Of a stretch of 64,000 nucleotides of DNA, positions 35,542 to 44,465 are shown piece by piece. Each line of letters starts with the position of its first letter. Position 1 is the stretch's first letter. Under the pieces are notes generated by a model that saw only the letters and a program-made list of their open reading frames with translations, did no database searches and was not told where the DNA came from. The translations under genes were made by a program, and so were the position numbers. The stretch is from assembly GCA_043809315.1 (NCBI GenBank), contig JAZDDX010000038.1, positions 14,159 to 78,158 of the forward strand, read 5' to 3'. The stretch is from Pseudomonadota bacterium (GTDB lineage: Bacteria; Bdellovibrionota_G; JALEGL01; DATDPG01).

Positions 35542-37878
35542 ATGAGATCGGATGGGAATAACGGTGCGGCCAAACCCTGGAAACGATATTTTGATGGTTT
35601 GAGAAGAATCATTTTTCCGTTTTTGGTCTTCTTCTCGGGCGGCTGCGCGTTGATGTATGAAATCACGTGGGGCCGGATGTTTTCCGTTCTGTTCGGGAAC
35701 ACCACGTACGCTCTCTCCGCCGTCGTTGCCGTATTCATGGGCGGCCTCGCGCTCGGCGGTGTGGTCCTGGGCCGCAAGGCCGATCAGATTCATCGCCCCT
35801 TGCTCATGTACGCCGCAGTAGAAACGGGGATCGGAATCACCGCGTTCCTGGTCCCGCTTCTGTTGAAAGCGGCGGATCCGTTGCTCGCCATGCTCTACAC
35901 CTCAGGCAACATCGCCCCTTGGAAGCTTCTCGCCGTTCGTCTGGCCGTGAGTGTGCCTGTCCTGATCGTCCCCACGATGTTGATTGGGGCGACGTTTCCC
36001 GTGGTCAGCAAGTTGGCCGTGCGAAGCGCCGAAGAGGTCGGCCGAAGGATCGGGCTCTTTTACGCCCTCAATACTTTCGGCGCCATGATCGGCTGCGCGC
36101 TGACCGGCTTCTATCTGCTGCCCAGTCTTGGCGTCATCGGCTCCTCGTATCTCGCAGCCGTCATGAATCTGGCAATCGGCGGTGCGGCGTTCCTCCTGCA
36201 CACCCTTGAAACAAGAACGGAGCAAGCGACTTTCGATCCCGAGACAAACTTCTCGAACGAATTCCCGACATCTCCAAAAGCCGCCCGGCTGATTCTCGTC
36301 GCGCTTTTTGTCTCGGGGTTTGCGTCTCTTTCGTACGAGCTTCTCTGGTCGAGGGTGCTTGGAGCTGTCTTCCTGACGGGAATGAGCATCGTGGCGTTCA
36401 CGGCTGTGGTGACGATTTTCTTGGGAGGAATCGCCGCCGGCAGTTTTCTGTATTCCCAAACGGCCCGCCGCATCCGAAGCCCCGTCCACACCCTGGGCCT
36501 ACTCCACATCGTGATCGCATGCAGCGTCTTCGTTTTCTTCTGGTTGATCGCTCAGGAGCGCTTTGCGCCCCCGCCCCTGGGCTTTCAAAACTGGAGTGCA
36601 AGATATGTCAAGGCGATGGTCCTGATGGCCGTTCCGACCCTGCTCCTGGGGTACGTGTTTCCCATGGCGTGCGACCTGGTGACGGACAACCGGAAGGTCC
36701 TGGGGCGGACGGTGGGAAGGGCTTACGCCGTCAACACCGCCGGCTGTGTCCTGGGACCGTTGGTCACCGGCTTTTTTTTGATTCCCCGCTTTGGAAGCGA
36801 AGCCACGCTGAAGGGGATGGTCGCCGCGGGTTTGGTCGTGGGAGTCTTGCTGCTGTTCCACGACGGTTTTTTCTTCGAGCATCGGCGCTTACGCATGGCA
36901 GGCGCGCTCGCGTTTCTGACCCTGTCGTTCCTGCTCATCGAAGGCCCACGAGGGATCTTGGTCCGCCTCATGAACTCGCTCAACGCACCCGTCGTGTACT
37001 TCAGCGAGGGGCCGTCGGGCACCTATCTTGCTTATCAAGCTAAGGACGGTATCAAGTTGCTGGTGGGAGGAATGTACGGGGCCGGCAGCACTCCCAAGTT
37101 GGCCACGGGCAACGAAATGGCCGCGTATCTCCCTTTGCTTCTGCATCCCTCCCCCACGGATGTGGCCGCGATCTGTTTCGGAACCGGGCGCACGTCCGGC
37201 CTTTTCGCCCGGAATCCGCGCGTCCGGCGTGTGGATATCGTGGAGATCATGGAAGAGACGATCAAAGGAGGAGAGGTTCTTTTTTCGTCCTACAATCAGG
37301 ACGTCCTTCACTCTCCTAAAGTGAACGTTTTCCTGGACGACGCATTCAACTTCATCAAACACACTCCGCGCCGGTATGACGTCATTTCTGTCGACGCCTT
37401 CATGCCGCGCCACGCGGGATCCGCCCGACTTTACACGCGCGACTTTCTGGAATTCGCCCGCAGGCAGCTGAAGCCCAAAGGGCTGGTCACTCTCTGGGCC
37501 GGTCCCGGCCTCATCCACAGGCGGGCCTTTCTTCTCGCACTAAAAACATTCCGAAGCGTTTTTCCGCACGCGACCGTCTGGCGTTCGCCCGACAACGCGT
37601 TCCTTTTCTTCGTGGGTTCGATGGAGCCGATTCATCTGGACGCCAAAGAGATTCAAAAACGTCTGTCGGCCCGGCCCTCTTCCGGCGAATACCCCTACCG
37701 CATCACCGATGCCTCTCAATTCGCGAACCTCCTGGTGATGGACGAGAGTGCGGCCGAAACATTTGCGGACTTGAACGAGCTTCCTCTCTTCACCGTGGAT
37801 CGCCCCAATTTGGAATACCTCTTCCTGCGTGGTGGAGCCCCCGGGTTGAACGAAAAATCGCCCCTTCTTGTGCGGTAG
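35542..37878 (+). CDS. Fused polytopic membrane domain / spermidine-synthase-like aminopropyltransferase
   Basis: The N-terminal multi-TM domain begins FFSGGCALMYEITWGRMFS. The C-terminal segment RRVDIVEI...YDVISVDAF is a Spermine_synth-type methyltransferase-fold core. Confidence 0.6.
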   Translation: MRSDGNNGAAKPWKRYFDGLRRIIFPFLVFFSGGCALMYEITWGRMFSVLFGNTTYALSAVVAVFMGGLALGGVVLGRKADQIHRPLLMYAAVETGIGITAFLVPLLLKAADPLLAMLYTSGNIAPWKLLAVRLAVSVPVLIVPTMLIGATFPVVSKLAVRSAEEVGRRIGLFYALNTFGAMIGCALTGFYLLPSLGVIGSSYLAAVMNLAIGGAAFLLHTLETRTEQATFDPETNFSNEFPTSPKAARLILVALFVSGFASLSYELLWSRVLGAVFLTGMSIVAFTAVVTIFLGGIAAGSFLYSQTARRIRSPVHTLGLLHIVIACSVFVFFWLIAQERFAPPPLGFQNWSARYVKAMVLMAVPTLLLGYVFPMACDLVTDNRKVLGRTVGRAYAVNTAGCVLGPLVTGFFLIPRFGSEATLKGMVAAGLVVGVLLLFHDGFFFEHRRLRMAGALAFLTLSFLLIEGPRGILVRLMNSLNAPVVYFSEGPSGTYLAYQAKDGIKLLVGGMYGAGSTPKLATGNEMAAYLPLLLHPSPTDVAAICFGTGRTSGLFARNPRVRRVDIVEIMEETIKGGEVLFSSYNQDVLHSPKVNVFLDDAFNFIKHTPRRYDVISVDAFMPRHAGSARLYTRDFLEFARRQLKPKGLVTLWAGPGLIHRRAFLLALKTFRSVFPHATVWRSPDNAFLFFVGSMEPIHLDAKEIQKRLSARPSSGEYPYRITDASQFANLLVMDESAAETFADLNELPLFTVDRPNLEYLFLRGGAPGLNEKSPLLVR

Positions 37879-37975
37879 CCGGAGGGACGGTTTCTTGCGG
37901 TTGAGATTTTCCTTGTCGCCAGCGAGGCACTGCCGATAGAACTCCAAAAACCTCAAACGCGGAGGAGCTTGCTGC

Positions 37976-39844
37976 ATGAATACTCGTTCTGAACCTTTGG
38001 CTGAATTCACCCTGAAGGCGGTCGTCGTCGGCGTGATCCTCGGGATCGTCTTCGGCGCCGCCAACGCCTACCTTGGACTCCGCGTCGGAATGACGGTCTC
38101 GGCCTCGATCCCGGCAGCGGTGATGACCGTGGCGATCTTCTCCGCCCTGCGGATGCGCGGGACGATCCTGGAAGCGAACCTCTCCCAGACCATCGGCTCG
38201 GCTTCCACCGCTCTGGCAACCGGAACGATCTTCACGATTCCGGCGCTCTTCCTCTGGGGGATGGTTCCCTCCTATTTCCAGGTGGTGGTCCTCTGTTTCC
38301 TGGGCGGAGTGCTCGGGCTCGCAGCGATGATCCCCCTGCGCCGACTGCTGATCGTGGATTCGCATAAGGAGCTCCCCTACCCGGAAGGGACGGCGTGCGC
38401 CGTAGTGCTGCGCGCAACCACGGCAGGAGGAGGTGGGAGCGCTTGGATTTTTCGGGGGATGGCCATTGGAGCAGCGACCAAGCTGGGCCTTGCCCTTCTC
38501 TTTCTCCTCCCAAGCGTCATCAAGTGGGAACTCCCCTTTCTGCCCAAGGCCGAGCTCGCCCTGGAGTTGGCGCCGGCTCTGCTTGGAGTCGGCTTCATCC
38601 TCGGTTACCGCCAATCCGCTGTCATCGTGGCGGGATCGATCGTTTCTGCCCTCGCCCTCATCCCGTTGATCGCATGGATCGGCGGTTCCTTGACCGTTCC
38701 TCTGGCGCCGGAAATGACTCGCTTGGTATCGGAAATGTCAGCCGCGGACATTTGGTCGCGCTATGTTCGATACATCGGCGCCGGCGCGGTGGCCATCGCC
38801 GGGATTGTAACGGTGCTGCGCGGCCTGCCGACCATGGGAAAGGCCTTCCTGGCTGTAGCCCGGGGAGTCCGTAAAAGCAGCGGGACCGCCGCTTCAGCAG
38901 AAATCGAACGAACGGATCGCGACCTGCCTGGCTCATTCGTGTTGGGTTCGATTCTTTTCGTGGTGGCGGTTGCAGCGCTCGTTCCGGGGGTTTTCGCGGG
39001 CGGGATGAGTCTCGTGCCCCGCATGGTATGCGCCGCAGGTGTGGGGCTGTTCGGGCTCCTGTTCGTGGCTGTAGCCGCGCGCATCGTCGGCATCGTGGGA
39101 GTCTCATCACAGCCCACCTCCGGAATCACCCTGGTGACACTGCTCGGGGTCGCTTCCATCTTCGCCGTGGTGGGCTGGGTTGACGCTTCCGCCCGGGCTG
39201 CCGTTCTGACCGTGGGAACCATCGTTGCGATCGCGGCCTCCAAGGCCGGCGACATCTCTCAGGATCTCAAGACCGGCTGGCTGGTCGGCGCCACGCCAGC
39301 ACGTCAACAGTTCGGACAGTTGATCGGAGCCTCCTTCGCCTGCTGGGCCGTTGCTGCAACCGTTCTGCTTTTGGGGGCGGCCTACACGTTCGGATCCAAG
39401 GACCTTCCGGCACCGCAGGCCACTCTGATGAAGACGATCATCGAAGGGGTGCTTTCCGGTTCCCTCCCCTGGAATTTGGTCTTGACCGGCGGAGGAGTCG
39501 CACTGTGCGGACTGCTGTGCGGCGTCTCAGGGCTCGCGTTCGCCATCGGCGTCTACCTTCCGCTCTCCTCCATGGCGACGATCTACCTGGGAGGATGCAT
39601 GCGCGCACGGGTAGAGAGAGGGAGGAAGAACGAAGATAAACGGGAGAGCGATCCCGGCATCCTTGCGGCCTCGGGCCTCGTGGCCGGTGAGGGGCTGGCG
39701 GGAGTTCTGGTGGCCGCCTTGGTTGCGACCGGACTCGCGCCACGCTCGATGGACCCGCACGTGGGGGGAATCGCCGGCGAGCTGCTGGTCGTCGCGGCTT
39801 TCGTCTTCATCGGCTGGTTCCTGATCCGGGCCGGCAGGAAGTAA
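37976..39844 (+). CDS. OPT-family oligopeptide transporter
   Basis: 622 aa with 14-16 TM segments and the OPT N-terminal motif GAANAYLGLRVGMTVSASIPAAVM. Confidence 0.85.
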   Translation: MNTRSEPLAEFTLKAVVVGVILGIVFGAANAYLGLRVGMTVSASIPAAVMTVAIFSALRMRGTILEANLSQTIGSASTALATGTIFTIPALFLWGMVPSYFQVVVLCFLGGVLGLAAMIPLRRLLIVDSHKELPYPEGTACAVVLRATTAGGGGSAWIFRGMAIGAATKLGLALLFLLPSVIKWELPFLPKAELALELAPALLGVGFILGYRQSAVIVAGSIVSALALIPLIAWIGGSLTVPLAPEMTRLVSEMSAADIWSRYVRYIGAGAVAIAGIVTVLRGLPTMGKAFLAVARGVRKSSGTAASAEIERTDRDLPGSFVLGSILFVVAVAALVPGVFAGGMSLVPRMVCAAGVGLFGLLFVAVAARIVGIVGVSSQPTSGITLVTLLGVASIFAVVGWVDASARAAVLTVGTIVAIAASKAGDISQDLKTGWLVGATPARQQFGQLIGASFACWAVAATVLLLGAAYTFGSKDLPAPQATLMKTIIEGVLSGSLPWNLVLTGGGVALCGLLCGVSGLAFAIGVYLPLSSMATIYLGGCMRARVERGRKNEDKRESDPGILAASGLVAGEGLAGVLVAALVATGLAPRSMDPHVGGIAGELLVVAAFVFIGWFLIRAGRK

Positions 39845-39906
39845 TCGTCCGTGTCTTGTTGACTCACGGAGATTGTAGAACCAGCATTATTTCGGAGATA
39901 TGAGAT

Positions 39907-40308
39907 TCAGCTGCAGCCGAGTGTCCGGCACAGCTTCTCGATCTGCCCTTCCTTCGCCCATAAGATCGCGCGGAACTTTCCGCCGACCGCCATGGCACAG
40001 CAGGCATCGAGATCCACGCCGGCTTTTCCGATTCGATCTAGGAGTTCGTAATAGGCTCCGAGACGATCGCTCTCTTCATAGAGACACGCCTGGGTCACAG
40101 TGTATTTGTATCCCGTCTTCTTCAGGGCGGCTTCCGTCTCCGTCGGACTCTCACCCAACATAAACGAGTACGCTTCGTTCCCCTCTGTCCAGGCCCACGT
40201 TCCGATCTGATTGGCTCGCGCCTCGCGAAGATGTGCGAGAACCTTCGCCAATCCCCCCGGTCGGCTCTCCACGTTCACCTTACATATGCTGACGGTTTTC
40301 GATGTCAT
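39907..40308 (-). CDS. Hypothetical small cytoplasmic protein, ACT-like N-terminal half
   Basis: 133 aa. SICKVNVESRPGGLAKVLAHL resembles an ACT-fold beta-alpha-beta start. Confidence 0.4.
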   Translation of the reverse strand: MTSKTVSICKVNVESRPGGLAKVLAHLREARANQIGTWAWTEGNEAYSFMLGESPTETEAALKKTGYKYTVTQACLYEESDRLGAYYELLDRIGKAGVDLDACCAMAVGGKFRAILWAKEGQIEKLCRTLGCS

Positions 40309-40446
40309 CGGATTACCTCCATTGAGGAGGGATCAGAACACCGGGGACGCCCAACGGTCAACCCCAATCCTCTTAGGGGTGCTAGGGGTACCAAAAAAGG
40401 CGTTATTTAACGGCTCCTCTTCACCACTACGACCGTGCCAAACTCT

Positions 40447-41016
40447 TCAATGATCTCCCAACCCGGAACCGTGTTGTTCCCGCGGAATAACGCATTCACG
40501 ACTCTCGTCGGACCCTCCCATCCTTCCCACGAGGTTCCGTCCCCTCTTCCTTTTCTGCCATCGTGAAACAGCACTACGCCACCCAACCTTCACGAACCGT
40601 GACCAGTCATCCCAATCGCGGCGACAGGATTGTTCCAAATGATCCCCGTCAATAAAGAGGAGATCGATCGGTTTGTCCCAGGTTTTGACAACGTTCCAGC
40701 TGTAGTTTTCATGCCACACGATTTGTCCGTTGGAAACGGCGCCTACGCTTCGAATCGTAAATTCTTTTCGCGCAACGAGATTCCGATTCATGCTGTCAGG
40801 AACAAATGGATCAATCAGATGTAGCGTCGCATCCCTCGACATTGCCTTTCGGAACACCGCCGCGGAGGCTCCCTCAAACACGCCGATTTCCACCAGAACC
40901 GTCCTCCCGCGTGCATACTTCTCAAACAATGGTTTCTCGGTGGGGAACGTAAGATCCCTGGGCTGAGGATAATGGAGGGAACGCTTTGGATCCCTATCGG
41001 AATCTCTTACTTCCAT
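40447..41016 (-). CDS. Class I SAM-dependent methyltransferase (O-methyltransferase-like)
   Basis: Motif I VLVEIGVFEGASA, LIDPF and LLFIDGDH are present. The last ~40 aa do not resemble the family. Confidence 0.5.
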   Translation of the reverse strand: MEVRDSDRDPKRSLHYPQPRDLTFPTEKPLFEKYARGRTVLVEIGVFEGASAAVFRKAMSRDATLHLIDPFVPDSMNRNLVARKEFTIRSVGAVSNGQIVWHENYSWNVVKTWDKPIDLLFIDGDHLEQSCRRDWDDWSRFVKVGWRSAVSRWQKRKRGRNLVGRMGGSDESRECVIPREQHGSGLGDH

Positions 41017-41125
41017 AACCTCCTACGTATCATAACCCTGCCGCCAACGGGTTCAATCAACTACACGTGAGCGAGCATCGTGCCCTGTTGGCAAAGCCTT
41101 CGGTGCCAAATATACTAACCATCTC

Positions 41126-42037
41126 ATGCGCACGAAAATGTCTTCCCTTTTGCTTGTTTCGTTGTTCTTTTTCGCCTCCTGCAGAGGTGACGAATCCTCG
41201 GGAAGCGGAGGAACTCCGAACGTAGCCACAATCAACGACGAACTCGGGCAACAGGTGGGGGATACGATGGCTTCCGTCGACGAGAGCGGAGGAAGCAGCG
41301 GAAACCTCGCTCGGGCGGTCCGCCGAACGTTCGATCGATGGGCACCGAGTGAACTGCGGCCCTCGCCTTTCTCCTATCTCCTCCCCGAGGCTTTCGCGGC
41401 CAGCTGCGCCTCGCTCACCACTTTTTCCTCTTGTGTGAACAATGTCATCACGCGAACGTTCGATGACTGCACCCTCGGTCGCGGGACGTTCTCCGGAACG
41501 ATCACCCTCACCTTTGTTGACGACGCCGTGGACGACACCTGTCGAATGACTGCCGAGGGACATTCAATCGCTCGCGATCCGGAGTTCGCCGTGACCGGCC
41601 TTCGGGGAGCCACGCTGACCGTGGCAAAGACCGGCGCCGTCGGACAGAAAGTCACCCGCTCCGCCACCGCGGGAACGTTTGCCTTCTCGAACGACGGAAT
41701 TCGTCGGACGTTCAAAAGTCCTGCCGGAACGACGCTGTTCGATTTCTCCACACAGACGGTCGACCCGATCACACTGACCGGAACGTCACGCCTCAATCGG
41801 ACGCTGAACGGCGGCACACTCCGGGTCACGAATGAATTGACCGGGGTCTCCTGCGACATGGTCCCGACGAACGTCACTTACGCTGCGACCTGTAACTGCG
41901 CCGTCTCCGGAACCTGGGAGGGAAATTGCACGGATGGAGAAATAGCCAAGGTCGAGATCACCGGCTGCGGCGAAGCAACGCTGACCAAGGACGACCGCGT
42001 GCAGACTGTTGACTTCGATCGCTGCGAACGAATCTAG
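41126..42037 (+). CDS. Cysteine-rich hypothetical lipoprotein
   Basis: Lipobox LFFFASC, a Gly/Ser-rich tether and multiple Cys pairs. Confidence 0.5.
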   Translation: MRTKMSSLLLVSLFFFASCRGDESSGSGGTPNVATINDELGQQVGDTMASVDESGGSSGNLARAVRRTFDRWAPSELRPSPFSYLLPEAFAASCASLTTFSSCVNNVITRTFDDCTLGRGTFSGTITLTFVDDAVDDTCRMTAEGHSIARDPEFAVTGLRGATLTVAKTGAVGQKVTRSATAGTFAFSNDGIRRTFKSPAGTTLFDFSTQTVDPITLTGTSRLNRTLNGGTLRVTNELTGVSCDMVPTNVTYAATCNCAVSGTWEGNCTDGEIAKVEITGCGEATLTKDDRVQTVDFDRCERI

Positions 42038-42043
42038 GAATCG

Positions 42044-43522
42044 GTGGCGTTCGGGATCCAGCACGGGCGTGCGTGGTTTGCGATTGCGTTCCTCGCCACG
42101 GCTCTCTACCTGAACGGGATCTTTCACCCGTTTATCCGATACGACGACGGCTTGATCGTCCACAATCCGGCGATCTCCGGTTGGCTGAGCCTGTCCGGTA
42201 TTGCGCAAACCTTTTTCGACCTGTCGCTTCCGACGAGGACGGAGCACGGGGGAGAGTACCTTCCGGTGCGCGATCTCTCGGCGGCCCTGCAATCCCGGAT
42301 CTTCGGTGACCATCCCGCGCCGTACCACCTCGTCGCGATCCTCCTCTACGCTCTGGTAGCCATCACGCTCTTCGAAACGCTTCTCTCACTGTCCGTGGCT
42401 TTCGGAACCGCGTTTCTCGCGACCCTGCTCTTTACGGCACACCCGGTCCACGTCGAGTCGGTGACATGGCTTTCTGGGCACAAAGACCTCCTCTCGCTCC
42501 TCTTCTTCCTACTCTGCTTGAAGAGCTACGCCGACCGCCGGCCGGGACGGTCGATCGTCTCATACCTCCTCGGAATCGGATCCAAGTACACCACACTCGT
42601 CGCTCCCGTCTTCCTGCCTGCCGTGGACTGGTCCAAGAGGCGTCCTCTTTCCTGGCGACTTCTTTCGGTCATTCTTGTTCTGGGGATCGGCGTCTATCAA
42701 CTCATCGGTCATGTCGCCTCGAGTGTTTCGTACCCTCACCTCGCGATCACGGGGGGATGGTTGGACTGGCTGCGAAACCTTCCGGTGGTCCTGGACACGG
42801 CCTTTTCGCGGCTCTTGGTCCCTCTCCACCTTCGGCTTTTCTACACCTTCAAGCCTGCAGACCATTGGTTCGATCCCCGGTTTCTCCGCGGGACCGCTGA
42901 GTTTCTGCTTTTGCTCCTTCTGGCGGTCCGTTTTGGCCGCACTCTTTCCTGGCTTCCGTTCGCCGCAGGTCTGTTTCTTCTGAACCTCGCTCCGATGTTC
43001 CGGGCCCCCACCTACTGTTTCCTTGCAGATCGATATCTCCTTTTATCTTCCGTGGGATTCGTCCTGCTCTTGGCGGAGGGCTTACTTCGGATCCCATACC
43101 GGGCGACCCGGTTCTGCCTGATCGCCCTTTTCCTCGTCGGCTATTCCTTGGCTACGATTGCACAAAATCGAGTTTGGGCTTCCGACCAGGCGCTTTGGGA
43201 GAACGCCGCCCGTGCGGAGCCTCCGGTTCATCCGATCGTCTGGAACAACCTCGCGGCCATCTACTATCAGCAGGAGAACTGGGCCGGAGCCATAAGAGCC
43301 GACGAACACTGCTTGGCGTCCCTACCCCTCAAAGACCCTTCGCGCCTTCCGTTTCTCCTCTCTTCCGGCTACAGCCGTGCACGGCTTGGGGATTTCAAGG
43401 GAGCCGAACAGGACTATCTTGAGGCGCTGCAAATCGATCCCGGGAACACGGCCATAAAGAAGAACCTCCAAGCGGCGCGACGCTTCCTCGCCAAGAAGGG
43501 TAACCCCGGCGCGTCTCTCTAG
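42044..43522 (+). CDS. Polytopic membrane protein with C-terminal TPR repeats (TMTC/PMT-like GT-C family candidate)
   Basis: About 11 TM helices followed by TPR repeats (NLAAIYYQQENWAGAI...GAEQDYLEALQIDPGN). Confidence 0.5.
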   Translation: MAFGIQHGRAWFAIAFLATALYLNGIFHPFIRYDDGLIVHNPAISGWLSLSGIAQTFFDLSLPTRTEHGGEYLPVRDLSAALQSRIFGDHPAPYHLVAILLYALVAITLFETLLSLSVAFGTAFLATLLFTAHPVHVESVTWLSGHKDLLSLLFFLLCLKSYADRRPGRSIVSYLLGIGSKYTTLVAPVFLPAVDWSKRRPLSWRLLSVILVLGIGVYQLIGHVASSVSYPHLAITGGWLDWLRNLPVVLDTAFSRLLVPLHLRLFYTFKPADHWFDPRFLRGTAEFLLLLLLAVRFGRTLSWLPFAAGLFLLNLAPMFRAPTYCFLADRYLLLSSVGFVLLLAEGLLRIPYRATRFCLIALFLVGYSLATIAQNRVWASDQALWENAARAEPPVHPIVWNNLAAIYYQQENWAGAIRADEHCLASLPLKDPSRLPFLLSSGYSRARLGDFKGAEQDYLEALQIDPGNTAIKKNLQAARRFLAKKGNPGASL

Positions 43523-44391
43523 TTTCGGTTAGCCTTGGCCCACTTTAGTGCTGCGCGGATCGCCTGTTCCAAAGCCTTGCCCTTTGGATCCTTTTTCTGC
43601 AGCTCTCCCTCCCGCACCTCACAGTACGGCATCGTGAGATCGGGCCGGATCACACAAATCGTCGGGATGGCGGTCACGCCGAAATCTTTCCGGACATTTC
43701 CGGTGGCATCAAAGAGGAGCATCGAGTCGTCGTTGTCGGCTGCGTACTTCTTCGCCGTCTCCTCGGTGTCCCCTTCCCAGGGGGTCCAAAGCGAAAGAAA
43801 GACCACCTGTTTGGTTTCGGAGAATTTAGCTTCAACCTTTTTCAGGACCGGTGCCGCCGCCGTACAATCCGGACATTTCGGGTTCATGACCTCGAACACC
43901 ACCACATCGTAATCGGCCAGCAGATGACTCAACGGCCCGGTCTCCTCTCCGGCGGCGGTCTTGAAGCCGAGGTTGAGAGCCATCGAAGTGCAACGGATCG
44001 CCTTCGGTTTTTCCTCCCCCTTCAGGCAACAGGCCTTGGTGTTTTCGTCGGCGGAACACCCTTCCTCCTTCTTCTTGGCCGTGCAGATTTTTTTCAACGT
44101 CCAGGTTCCGTCCCTTGCGTGGATGAGAGTGAACTGATCCGCCGCGTCCTCTCCTTTGTAGGAAAGCGGGATCCCCCCTTTCTTGAGGTCCCACCATTGG
44201 TCCCAAGCCAAGGGGGTGGAGATCCGGCTGTTCGTCTCGGTGTAGCTCTCTTCCACGACGATCGCGGGCTGGCCCTCCTCCGCCGTCTTCAGGATTTCAA
44301 TCTTCGATATCTGGCCGGGAATCGGATCGGTGCAGGTCAAGAGAAGCTCGGCCGTACCGGCGAGCCCTCGGCCCGTTCCGAGAAGAATCAA
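43519..44391 (-). CDS. Thioredoxin-fold protein with CPDC motif (thiol-disulfide oxidoreductase-like)
   Basis: VVVFEVMNPKCPDCTAAAPVLKK gives a CxxC motif in a Trx-like context. Its stop overlaps the start of the upstream TMTC-like gene on the other strand. Confidence 0.45.
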   Translation of the reverse strand: MILLGTGRGLAGTAELLLTCTDPIPGQISKIEILKTAEEGQPAIVVEESYTETNSRISTPLAWDQWWDLKKGGIPLSYKGEDAADQFTLIHARDGTWTLKKICTAKKKEEGCSADENTKACCLKGEEKPKAIRCTSMALNLGFKTAAGEETGPLSHLLADYDVVVFEVMNPKCPDCTAAAPVLKKVEAKFSETKQVVFLSLWTPWEGDTEETAKKYAADNDDSMLLFDATGNVRKDFGVTAIPTICVIRPDLTMPYCEVREGELQKKDPKGKALEQAIRAALKWAKANRN

Positions 44392-44465
44392 CGCGAATTA
44401 ACGCAATGAGTCCTAACGAGATTCTTGTTTCGCGTCAAAGAAAAATGACCGGCCGGGAGTCGCGG

